Source: the human T2T-CHM13v2.0 reference genome, Homo sapiens
NCBI GenBank assembly: GCA_009914755.4
Contig: CP068257.2
Location: 21,824,001 to 21,888,000 of the forward strand
Reading direction: 5' to 3'
DNA length: 64,000 nt
Numbering within the stretch: position 1 is the stretch's first letter; every line of letters begins with the position of its first letter. Of this stretch, positions 15,752-26,712 are shown one piece after another. The translations under genes were made by a program, and so were the position numbers. Below the pieces are notes generated by a model that saw nothing but the letters and a program-made list of their open reading frames with translations, did no database searches and was not told where the DNA came from.

Positions 15752-16052
15752 AGCCCAGTGCAGTGGTTCACGCCTGTAATCCCAGTACTTTAGGAGGCTG
15801 AGGCATGTGGATCACTTGAGGTCAGGAGTTTGAGAGCAGTCTGGCCAACATAGAGAAACCCTGTCTCTACTAAAAATACCAAAAATTAGCCCGGCATGGT
15901 GGGTCATGCCTGTAATCCCAGCTACTCAGGAGGCTGAGGCACAAGAATCTCATGAACTCGAGAAGCAGAGGTTGCAGTGAGCCGAGATTATGCCACTGCA
16001 TTCCAGCATGAGTGACAGAGCGAGACTCCATCTCAAGGGAAAAAAAAAAAAA
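15752..16052 (+). mobile_element. Alu (AluS-like) inserted in the L1M
   Basis: 'gcccagtgcagtggttcacgcctgtaatcccagtactttaggaggctgaggcatgtggatcacttgaggtcaggagtttgagagcagtctggccaacatagagaaaccctgtctctactaaaaataccaaaaattagcccggcatggtgggtcatgcctgtaatcccagctactcaggaggctgaggcacaagaatc...gagactccatctcaaggg(a)13'. Confidence 0.95.
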
Positions 16053-16057
16053 TCCAT

Positions 16058-16420
16058 AAAACTAGCTGACCCTTAAACAACATGGAGGTTTGAAGTGCTG
16101 ACACCCTGCACAGGCAAAAATCCACATAAACCTTTTGACTCCCCCAAAACTTACCTTCTACTAGTCTACTGTTGACCAGAAGCCTTACTGATAATATAAA
16201 CAGTCAATTAGAATATATTTCACACTTTATGTAATTATATTCTGTATTCATACAATACACTAACCTAGAGAATGAAAATAGTATTAAGAGAATCAGAGGG
16301 AGAAAATACAGTTACTATGTATTATGTGGTAGTAAATCATCTTAACAAACTGCATCTGCACCATCTTCAGGTTGAGAAGGCTTAGGAGGAGGGGTGGTAT
16401 TTGATTTTATAAGCCTTATC
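16058..16420 (+). mobile_element. Tigger-family (MER44-like) non-autonomous DNA-transposon fragment; family assignment tentative, from memory
   Basis: Begins with the TIR-like motif 'gctgacccttaaacaacatggaggtttgaagtgctgacaccctgcacaggcaaaaatccacataaaccttttgactcccccaaaacttaccttctactagtctactgttgaccagaagccttactgataatataaacagtcaattagaatatatttcacactttatgtaattatattctgtattcatacaatacactaacctagagaatgaaaatagtattaagagaatcagagggagaaaatacagttactatgtattatgtggtagtaaatcatc...aggaggagg'. This matches one arm of the palindromic MER44/Tigger consensus ('cagttgacccttgaacaacgcggggg...gtcgaaaatccgcgtataactttcgactccccaaaaacttaactactaatagcctactgttgaccggaagccttaccgataacataaacagtcgattaac...'). Confidence 0.5.
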
Positions 16421-16556
16421 TCCTTTTTTTAGACTAGCTAAGAGTTTGCCAATTTTGTTTATTGTATCAAAAAAATCTTAATTTTATTTATTTTTAATAA
16501 AAGAATAAGAATCTGTTATTTTCATTATTTTCTTACTCTTGCTAATTTTACATTTA

Positions 16557-16625
16557 CAGTTGACCCTTGAACAACACAGATTTGAGCTATGTGGGTTCAC
16601 TTATATGTAAATTATCTTTCAGCTC
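16557..16625 (+). mobile_element. Second Tigger/MER44-like terminal fragment (TIR 'cagttgacccttgaacaacac...')
   Basis: 'cagttgacccttgaacaacacagatttgagctatgtgggttcacttatatgtaaattatctttcag' matches the opposite terminal arm ('cagttgacccttgaacaacacgggtttgaactgcgcgggtccacttatacgcggattttcttcc'). No closing inverted TIR is found downstream. Confidence 0.5.
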
Positions 16626-17905
16626 TGCCACTCCAGCATTCAGACAAGAAAAAAAAAAGCATCCACATTGGAAAGAAAAAAATGAAATTATCTTTATTTA
16701 CAGATGACATAATCCCATATTAAACCCCCCCCAAAGATTCCACAAAAAACTATGAGAGCTAATAAATGAATTCAGTAATACCGAAGGTCAAAAAATCAAC
16801 ATATGAAATTTAGTAGCATTTCAATGCAAATATTTTGACCTAATTAAAAAAATTAAAAATACCATCCCATTTACAACAGCATTAAAAAACAAATAAAATG
16901 ATAATAAGTAATAACTTTAACCAAGGTTGTTGAACTTGAATATATATACACTAAAAGCTACAAAACTTTGATAAAGGAAATTGAAGAGGACACAAATAAA
17001 TGGAATGGCATCTCATGCTCATGAATTGGAATAATTAATATTGTTGAAATGTCCATACTACTCAAAGCAACAAACAAATTCGATGAAATCTCTACCAAGA
17101 CCCCAATGGTATTATTCACAGAAATAGAAAAAAAAACAAAAAAAAGTACTAAAATTTGGATGGAACCATGAAAGATTCTAAATAGTAAAAAACATTCTGC
17201 AAAAGAAAAACAAAGTTGGAGGAAGCGCACTTTTAAATTTAAAATTATATTATAAATCTATAGTAATCTAAACAGTATACTACTGACATAAAGCAGGCAC
17301 ATACACCCAGGGAACAGAACAGAGAGCCCAGAAATAAATCCAAACTCATATGGTCAACTAATTTTTGACAAGGTTACAAACAAAACACATTGGGGAAAGG
17401 ATAGTCTCTTCAATAAATGGCGCTGGAAAAACTGAATTTGCACATGAAAAAAACAAAATTGGACCTTTATATCATGCACAAAAATCAACTAAAAATGAAT
17501 AAAAGACCAAACTTTAAGGCCAGAAACTCTAAAATTCCTAGATATGAATATTAGAGAAAGTTCTTGGCCATTGGCCTTGGCAATAATTTTTTAGTATGGT
17601 ATCAAAACCTCTAGCTACAAAACAAAAATAAATAAATAGTGCCACAGAAAACTACAAAGCTTCTGCACAGCACAGGAAAAAATCATCCCAATGAAACTGT
17701 GACCTATCAAGTAGGAAACAATATTTGCAAACCATATATCTAATAATGAGTTAATATCCAAGATTTATAAGAACTCATACAACACAATAGCAGAAAAATA
17801 AATAACCCAATTAAAAATGTGCAAAAGACCTGAATAGATATCTGCCCAAACAGTATATAAAAACGATCAACAAGTACATGAAATGGTCAACTTCAGTCAA
17901 CAAAC
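16626..17905 (+). mobile_element. Ancient LINE-1 (L1M-class) ORF2 continuation (RT C-terminal part through the 'KRCSTSL' region), pseudogenised
   Basis: Translation parallels L1 ORF2p: 'HIGKKKMKLSLFTDDIIPY' ([18 protein letters not shown].Y), 'ELINEFSNTEGQKINI.NLVAFQ' (ELINEFSKVAGYKINIQKSVAFLY), 'GMASHAHELE.LILLKCPYYSKQQTNSMKSLPRP' ([32 protein letters not shown]), '[26 protein letters not shown]' ([23 protein letters not shown].IDQWN), '...KDLNRY...MKWSTSV'. About 1 kb of ORF2 (the RT N-terminal part) is missing between 15751 and 16626, where the Alu and Tigger fragments lie. Confidence 0.75.
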
Positions 17906-19336
17906 GTAAGATCATTGAACGTGGATTTCAGACGAGACATGCGTAATAGACTCTCAGTATCCTTCAGGGGCAAGGTCCAGCATATCCACTCATTAATATG
18001 GACATAAATAAAATATTTATAAAATATATACCTAATTAAAATATTGATTTAGATCTATTGTATAAATATATTTATATTATTAAATCATAATATTAAATAT
18101 AAAAACAAATTGCAAAACTATATGCATGTTCTGAGGTGATTTATTAAAACATCAAAAATGCAAAAATATTTTATAGTGCTCATGTGTAGTATAAGTGTTT
18201 ATGAAAGGATACAAAGTGCTTTGTACAAAACCACATGTACCAACTTCATGACAGTTGTTGATTTGAGAGACTCATCAAGATAAATGGCAATTTGATTTGA
18301 TTTCAAAGGGGATTTAACTCTATATATAATGCTATAAATATTTTATTTCAGAAAAAGCCACATGTAAATATGACAGAGTAACAATAACTTGTTGCAGATT
18401 ACAGCTAATTAAGTAATTGCTTTTTGGTTTATTTGCACTATTTATTTGTTATATTCCTCAGGAAATAAATGACCCATATAATTGTAAACTTTAGTAGATT
18501 TCTGAAAATACTTTATGAATAGATTGTAATAAGATTCAAATATTAATTTTGTTCAGTTTTCCACAAATCTCATGATTATTAGGAAAAACTTTGCGTGTCT
18601 TGTTAAATTATATTAAATAATAAGACAAATATTCAATTTATTGAGTTTCCACGTTGAATGTGGAATTGATAACCTTTTTTAGTAAAAGTGGAAGGAATTA
18701 CCGGTACTTTGTTATTGAGATGGATCACTTCAGAAAATAATGGATTGAGGTGTTGCAAAATAACTTACACCTTTTGATTTAAAGATGTTATGGAGGAATT
18801 TGTTCTCTCAAGAACTGTGAAAGGGGCCCAATCTGATTTAAAAATAGTATGTAACTTTCTCATGCTTACAATACAGGCAAGAATTAAAAGAAAATAGCTA
18901 CTTTTAAAAATCATCAATTACTTTGTCATACTAATATGAAATTATTCTGATACCTAATTAAATGCTCTATGCCATATCAGTTTATCTGACAAGATAAATA
19001 TAAATATAAATGCATCTTTGATTGACGTGGGTGAGGAACCTGAGTACCACAGCTGGTTTCAAGACAGCAGATTGAAGAAATTATAGTGATAGACAGGAGC
19101 AAGAAACACAGAAGTGGGGGCTTTTCTGTAAGACCTGGAGCAAAAAAGATGTCATCAGTGTCTCACAACACCTGAAACAGTGACAAGAAGGTGAATATAC
19201 TTGCTTATTTCTTATCTCACCCTTTCTATTTGACCTCCCAGTAGGACCTCCCTAGGGCCAAATCTAATCAGATGTCTCCTGGATAGAGGAAAAAGACACA
19301 AAGCAGCATAGGAGAGAAAATGGAAAATATTAGAAA

Positions 19337-19410
19337 GCAAAACAAAACAAAACAAAACAAAACAAAAAAAACAAAAAAAAACCAAAACACAAAAACAGAA
19401 ACACACACAA
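19337..19410. repeat. (CAAAA)n / A-rich simple repeat
   Basis: 'caaaacaaaacaaaacaaaacaaaaaaaacaaaaaaaaaccaaaacacaaaaacagaaacacacacaaa'. Confidence 0.9.
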
Positions 19411-20689
19411 ATGATTATTATAATAGAAGTAATAATACAAAGAATTAAAACCTAACATTTAGGAATAATGTTAGAACATTGAAAATAATAATTTAAAAAT
19501 TATGAAATACAATATTTAAAATAAAAAATATTTACAAAGAAAATTCGGGATGTCATCAATAACACTGGATACAAGCAGACAAGTAAACAGTAATGTTAAA
19601 ATGCTTAAAGGGAATTACCTTGAAGACAGAAATTCTTTTCCATTAAAACCATATTTAGGGCTTCTGCTTTTGTGTATGACCGACAAACATGCTGTAGTTG
19701 TCCTTACACCTTACACAAGAAATCTGAAAAACCTATGAATCAACTATTTTCAGATAGTTTTGGAGAGTGCTCTCTAAGAAGACTGAAACAAATGAGTTGA
19801 GTCCTAAGATTATCCTGGCTTTCAACCTAAAAGGACTTTCCAGGATGAAGAACAGTAAGGAGAAACCTAAAAAGTCTAATACACAGTCTCACTGAGGAGA
19901 AAGAGATGGGAATGAGGCTGAGATGGCTAGAACTTGTGGGACATAGTTCCAAAGAGAAGAGAAATATGCAGATAAGGAGATACAAGACTGTATAGGACAT
20001 TGAAGTTTTTGCAGAATGCTAAGCTGCACAAGCACGTGAGAACTCCATGAGGCTAGGCGATAACCACTTCTTGGGTGCTGTAGTGTATCTTTCCCCAGCA
20101 ATCATGTATGGTAGAGGAATATATTTGAGTTCCAGTAGGAGTGAACAGAGAGGACTTGGTAAACACCTAAGACATTCAGCAGATACTCCACAAGTATCCT
20201 GCTTTAACAGTAAAGGATAAAGTAGTCCTAGAGTAAAAGCTGTTCTAGACCTGCAAAGTAAAGCTTTGAAAAGAGGTCCGGAAAGGTCAATCTGATCTTC
20301 AAACAACTCAAGCACATGTCAGAAACAAAACAAAATAAAATAAAACAAAACATAAACCTTTCAAAAAAAGATAAAATCTAGTAGACATTCAAAAATACAG
20401 CAAGCAAACTAACTGACATCAAATAACAATTATTGTAAATGAAAAGAATAAGAAAAATGGTATCCTTAATAAACAGGAAAATCATTCCTTAGAAACAAAA
20501 CCAGAAATGATAGAAATGTTGTAGTTAGAACATAAGAACTTTAAAATAGCCATTATATACATGATAAGGGATTTAAATAAAAATATTAATGTAGTAGGAG
20601 AGACAAGGTAGCTATGAAAAGGAAGCAGGTGAAACTTCTTGAATTGAAAACAATCCTCAAGTAAAAATAACATTGGATTTTTTAATGTT

Positions 20690-20945
20690 TTTTAAATTTT
20701 TTAATTTATAATTTTTGTGGATGGATAAGACATACTATCTGATAGCACTACAGGGTGACTATAGTCAATAATAACTTAATTGCACATTTAAAAATAACTA
20801 AAAAAGTGTAATTGGATTGTTTGTAACATAAAGGATAAATGCTTGAGGGGAATGAAAACCCCATTCTCCATGATGTGATTATAACACATTGCATGTCTGT
20901 ATCAAAACATCTCATGTACTCCATAAATATATACAGTTAACATTG
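20690..20945 (+). mobile_element. Ancient LINE-1 (L1M/L1MB-like) 3' end
   Basis: 'gataagacatactatctgatagcactacagggtgactatagtcaataataacttaattgcacatttaaaaataactaaaaaagtgtaattggattgtttgtaacataaaggataaatgcttgaggggaatgaaaaccccattctccatgatgtgattataacacattgcatgtctgtatcaaaacatctcatgtactccataaatatatacag' matches the canonical L1M 3' terminus ('...ataacttaatagtacacttaaaaataactaaaagagtataattggattgtttgtaacacaaagaaagaataaatgcttgaggtgatggatatcccatttaccctgatgtgattattacacattgtatgcctgtatcaaaacatctcatgtaccccataaatatatacac'). Confidence 0.75.
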
Positions 20946-22234
20946 GATATTCTTAACAGCAGATTACACAAAGCAGAAGAAAAATCAACGAACTTATTAT
21001 AGAAACATATCAGACTCTAAACTACAAAGAAAAACTCACGCTGAACAATGGTGACTGAGAGACTCTTCTCCTGTTCATAAATGTTAAAATGTAGAAAACA
21101 AGTGTGTCTTACAGTTTATGAAAGAAGGTTAAATAGGGCCTGACTGTGAAAGATTTGAAAGCCTGGCTAACAAGTTAAGTTTGATTTGTGGATGGTTGCA
21201 ATTCTCTATTTCTGAGCAGGGGAGCAATGTGATCAGAGATGAGCTTTATGTATTGCAACATCCACCTTCTCCCAGGAATGGAAGAGTACAAAAGCCTGCC
21301 TGGCTGGGTTTGGGGAGCATATTGCTAAGGGAAACATAAACATGTCAATTTAAGTAATCTACATTAGTGTACCCAATTACTATTCAGGTATTTACTTATC
21401 CAAGAAATATTACCGGCAGCCACAAACCCATGCTAATAGTTCCCCACTGTAATATACACATCAGTACAAAGTGGAGGTAGTTTCAGAAAACAAATATTAA
21501 GGAGATCTTGAAACCATGATTTTCAAAGCTGGAGATTCATTATTTCATCGCATAGTGTGCTGTTCCAGGAGTTTGCTTGTATTCTCATCCCAGAGATTGA
21601 ATAATGAATACAATTATAGCAGTAGGGAATCTGACAAGACAATCAGAAACAAGCTGACAATTATGGATATTAGTTGAATACAGTGACGGTTATTTACCTA
21701 CATGAAATGAAAGGTGTATTTCTAAAATTGAGCTTATGCTTCAGAAAAACCTGGATGAATCATTTCATTTAGAATTTTCAGTTTGTTGAAAGAAAATAAG
21801 ACAATTCTACTGAATATATTGAGGACTTTAAGGTGATGAAAAGTCCTGGTTTCCTGGGAGATAATTCAGTTTTACACCTATTGTCTTGGTTTATGTATTA
21901 ATAACAGACTCTCACCATATCTGCCCCTGATGGATTTAGAAACCTTTGTTTAATTAATTCACACTGCCATGAAAAGACAGCTGAGTGTTTGTATTGCATT
22001 AATGCCCTTCAAAATAGAATGGGAAAGATGTTTAAAATGTAGTTTTCATTTGATGACTTCAAATTTCTCTTCATATTTCCTCAAGACGTATGTATGACAT
22101 AAGTTCCTTTTAATTGCTTTAGGTTCACTGAGGAAGTATAGGACTCTGGGGAATTCTCTGCAATATCTTTTGAAGAATTATAGAACCCCTGCTATATATA
22201 ATGCAGATATAATGCAGTTAAATGTGCTGAAGAG

Positions 22235-22420
22235 TGTGGACTTGGGAGCAAAGTCACCTGGGTTTGAACTCTGGTCCTGCCAAGTGCTACCCAAATGACC
22301 TTAGGCAGGTCACTTAAGTTCTGTGCCGCTGCAGTCATACAGTTAATATAAGGATTCAATGAGTAGTTATAAAGTTATTAGACAGTATATGGCACATTCT
22401 TGTTAGAATTATGTAACCGT
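22235..22420 (+). mobile_element. MIR (mammalian-wide interspersed repeat) copy
   Basis: 'gtggacttgggagcaaagtcacctgggtttgaactctggtcctgccaagtgctacccaaatgaccttaggcaggtcacttaagttctgtgccgctgcagtcatacagttaatataaggattcaatgagtagttataaagttattagacagtatatggcacattcttgttagaattatg' parallels the MIR core ('ctgggttcaaatcctggctctgccacttactagctgtgtgaccttgggcaagttacttaacctctctgagcctcagtttcctcatctgtaaaatggggataataatagtacctacctcatagggttgttgtgaggattaaatgagataatgcatgtaaagcgcttagcacagtgcctggcacata'). Confidence 0.65.
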
Positions 22421-22589
22421 CTACTGTTGTAGTATTTTCTATAGCAAATTAAGAAAAGGTTTTTTTAAAAAGACAATTTATAGTTATTTCCAACTCCAAG
22501 TATAAATTTTGCTGGGAGAAAAATGTGGATGGTGGTGGTTTGCATACACTCTGGAAAAAATGCATATTAAGTATAAAAATATTCCTTGT

Positions 22590-22888
22590 CTGGGCATAGC
22601 GGCTCATGCCTTTAATCTCAGCACTTTAGGACGCTCAGGTGGGAGGATTGTTTGACCCCAGAAGTTAGAGGCCAGCCTGGGCACCACAGGGAGAGCCAGT
22701 CTTTACAAAAACTTAAAAAAAAATGTTAGCCAGGCATGATGGCTCATACCTCTAGTCCCAGCTACTCGGGAGGCTGAGATGGAAGGTTTGCTTGAGCCCC
22801 TGAGGTTCAGGCTGCAGTGAGCCTAGGTCGTGTCACTGCACTCCAGCCTGAGTGACAGAGTACCACCTTGTCTCCAAAAAAAGAACAA
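22590..22888 (+). mobile_element. Alu (older, AluJ-like; diverged)
   Basis: 'gtctgggcatagcggctcatgcctttaatctcagcactttaggacgctcaggtgggaggattgtttgaccccagaagttagaggccagcctgggcaccacagggagagccagtctttacaaaaac...gttagccaggcatgatggctcatacctctagtcccagctactcgggaggctgagatggaaggtttgcttgagcccctgaggttcaggctgcagtgagcctaggtcgtgtcactgcactccagcctgagtgacagagtaccaccttgtctcc'. The dimeric Alu structure is present, with many substitutions relative to AluS/Y. Confidence 0.9.
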
Positions 22889-23650
22889 AAAGTTCCTTAC
22901 CCAGTGACTGTTAATTGATCTTTAACCATTTCCAGAACTAAAGACACAGTGAAAGGATTAAGATAATTTGTAGAAATGTGACACCCAGCACTGCCACACA
23001 GAGGAAATGCTACTTAAAAAAGTTGACCACAGGAAAAAATCAAGTGTTATTATATGAATTGTCATAAGGCTTTAAGCTAATAGCATAGTTTGGCTGATCC
23101 TATACCAATTCCAAAATCCTTCCTTAATGGGCCACACAATGGAATCTGAAAAAGCTAAAATACATCTCCTTCTCTTTTTTTGCCCTTTAGGTTTCGTGCA
23201 ACGGATACAAGCAATGAAATTTCAACAGAAATTTCCTGGGGTAGGATGCAGAGTTCTTAGGAAATCTTCTGTTTTCTTATAAAAGTAAGAGCCTGAAGTA
23301 GGTGATGATTCTTATCACATTTTACTGCTTTGAAATAGAAAATAAAGCCTGAAGATTCAGTGGGAAATTTTTCAACCATGAAATGATAGACAATCTGCTA
23401 AGTAAAATGATCACAAAAGAAAGGAGGAGACCGTATTGTTAAACCATTGAAGTCCTGGGCTGCTATCTCTTGATTTCTTGGTGTTTGAGGAAATAAATAC
23501 CTCTGTTAAATTCAGTTTATGTTTACTTTTTGTGTATGTTTTTGCCTTCAAACACATTTTTAAAGTATTCAAGAGTGTATGAGGGCTAAAGCTCTATGAA
23601 TCATCCTGAAATCTTAAGGTTTGCATTCATGAATATTATCTGAGGATGTG

Positions 23651-24317
<667 letters not shown>

Positions 24318-25149
24318 ATGTGTAATACACCAAGGACTTTGTAGAAACTTTGGGGAGGAGTTTGCTACTGCTCCAAGCACTGTATAAAAAATTACAAGAA
24401 ATGCAAAGAAAGGAACAAAGCACAACTCTTTGAAGCAGACAGTACAAGATATTGTAAGTAGACTTAAAAAAGCTTCAAGAAATCATTGGTAAGAGTTGCT
24501 ACACTCCCAAACAACAGACCGTGTCAGAATAAATATATTTTAATTCTTAGATATGTCTTCTGTTATTTGTCATTGCAAATGTGAGAAACTCATAACAGAT
24601 GTGGACATCATACCATATTGTCTATATAAAATCAGAAGCAAAATGTGAGTAGACATGTAGATATGCTTGATTTTCACTAAAATATCATGAACAAACAATT
24701 TTATTTCAGTGAAACTTTCACTACCTATAGGTGCCAGAATCTTGAGTGGGACTCAAGTTAATTGTGCTGACTTTAACATTTTATTCAAATAAATTATTGA
24801 TACATTTAACAAAATAAAAGCAGTTTCAAATAAAATACAAAAAAAAATCAAGAGAAATTACACAGACATAGATCTCTGGAGAGACATTCTAATTTTAGAT
24901 TAGAAGACTTAATAAAATAAAAATTCTATTTCTCTCCAAATATATATACAGATTCAATGCCATTCTCTCCTTGAAACCCCGGAAATTTTTTGTTTGGAAG
25001 TAGGGGTATGCATGAGCTCAGTGATAGCCAAAAAGCATTAAAGAATAAGAACACGGTAAGAGGGCATATTCTACTAAGTATTCTGACTTAATATAGAGAT
25101 AAATCAATTAAGAAAGTGTAAAATTTGTGGAAAGACAAACAGATAATGG

Positions 25150-25520
25150 AATAGAAGAAATAGTCCAGAAACACCAATAAACTCACTAGTACAATAGGAG
25201 GTTTCCCATCTCTTTCATGCCTAAGATTTCAGAAAAAAGATCCTGTTCCACAGACTCGAATATGTCGAACATTCTGGGTTCCATTTTGTTCTGCTGTGCC
25301 TTGTAGTCATTGTGTCTAACTTGTCTCTTGCGGTTCACTGGCCTCTGTAACTCCAGGGTCCTATCATATACAGTAATGCCTGGGAGCTCGACAGCATCCT
25401 CCACCATTACGACAGCCACCAAAACTCTCTGTTATTATAGCGTAGGTATCAGTGGTTTTGCAAGGACCTACCCTTCGGACTCTCATGTGGGGAGGGAACA
25501 AGTCCTCTCCTGATTAATCC
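25150..25520. other. Unique, non-repeat segment with elevated CpG retention and overlapping ORFs (78 aa on -, 67 aa on +); candidate conserved element or unannotated exon, function unknown
   Basis: Within about 25.24-25.48 kb the CpGs 'ctcgaatatgtcgaac', 'cttgcggttc', 'gagctcgacag', 'attacgacag', 'atagcgtagg', 'ccttcggact' occur at roughly twice the density of the surrounding unique AT-rich DNA. The ORF-track entries are 25186..25422(-) and 25310..25513(+). No similarity to any repeat consensus I know. Confidence 0.3.
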
Positions 25521-26123
25521 ACTGTCATATTTCTATATTTTTGGATACCTTCCCTTATATGCTACCAAGAGAGTGATGGCATCTCATCCTCCTTGAATGT
25601 GGGCCTAGTTGAGCTTGAGCTTAATTTTTGTCAGTCAACCAAGCAAACCACTAGAGCCAATCCTGTTTAAAGCATGCTCATAATGAATTGTTATAATGGC
25701 CAGGTCTTCGCTTTAAACTGATTTCCAGTATCAAGTCTGTTTTCGTTTTGTAATCCATGGTGCTAGAACATAATAGCAGAAATGAAAAAAAAAAAAGGAT
25801 AAAAATGCTAATATTATCATGACATTTAATATATTCGAACAGTTCTTCATAAGCTAATTATCATACAAACAATATGAAGATGTTCTGTGTATCTTCATCA
25901 ATACTTCACTACTAAAATGCTTTGTTAACTGCTAATGAAAAAACAAGTAGTTCATTATAAAGTGGCAGCCATTGAACGGCAAATTTTAGTGCTTTTATTT
26001 TAGCAGGTGACTGTCACCATCGCAGAATCTGCCATGGCACTGCATAATCTCAGTCTGAAAAGCAAGTATGAAACATGTCTTCAGGATTTTGATTGAGTTA
26101 AAAATGGTTCTCTGTTAAAATAA

Positions 26124-26431
<308 letters not shown>

Positions 26432-26554
26432 CAATAAATCATATTCTTTATGTTCAGTTCATTTTGTTTAATCTACCAATCCTACTTACGCAAGAATCTT
26501 TTTGTTTGCTAAGTATCTACTTATGAGGAGAAGGAATATATGTATATATTTTTT

Positions 26555-26634
26555 CCATATACCTTGGAATATTTAAGTATATATTAAGTACTTATATATA
26601 TTTAATATATGCTTATATATTCCAAGGTATATGG
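26555..26634. repeat. AT-rich near-perfect palindrome (about 80 bp; 18-bp perfect outer arms plus largely complementary inner arms); predicted hairpin/cruciform former
   Basis: 'ccatataccttggaatat' (26555-26572) is the exact reverse complement of 'atattccaaggtatatgg' (26617-26634). The intervening 44 bp 'ttaagtatatattaagtacttatatatatttaatatatgcttat' is itself largely self-complementary around the central 'taagtactta'. Confidence 0.8.
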
Positions 26635-26712
26635 ATGTATGTATGTGTGTATATATGAGTGTGTGTGTGTGTATATATCATATATATATAGAGAGAGATA
26701 GATAGATACAGA
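26634..26712. repeat. Compound microsatellite: (ATGT)n / (TG)n / (TA)n / (GA)n / (GATA)n
   Basis: 'gatgtatgtatgtgtgtatatatgagtgtgtgtgtgtgtatatatcatatatatatagagagagatagatagatacag'. Confidence 0.85.

Noticed and set aside
15607-15801. 64-aa ORF '[64 protein letters not shown]'
   Set aside because: Chimeric read-through from the end of the L1M endonuclease-domain remnant into the Alu at 15752. It is repeat-derived, not a gene.
25150-25520. Possibility that the CpG-rich unique segment is a nuclear mitochondrial DNA insertion (NUMT) or viral fragment
   Set aside because: Base composition (moderate G on both strands) and the absence of any motif I recognise from human mtDNA genes or common integrated herpes/retro-viral sequences argue against it. 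It is kept only as an unexplained CpG-retaining element.
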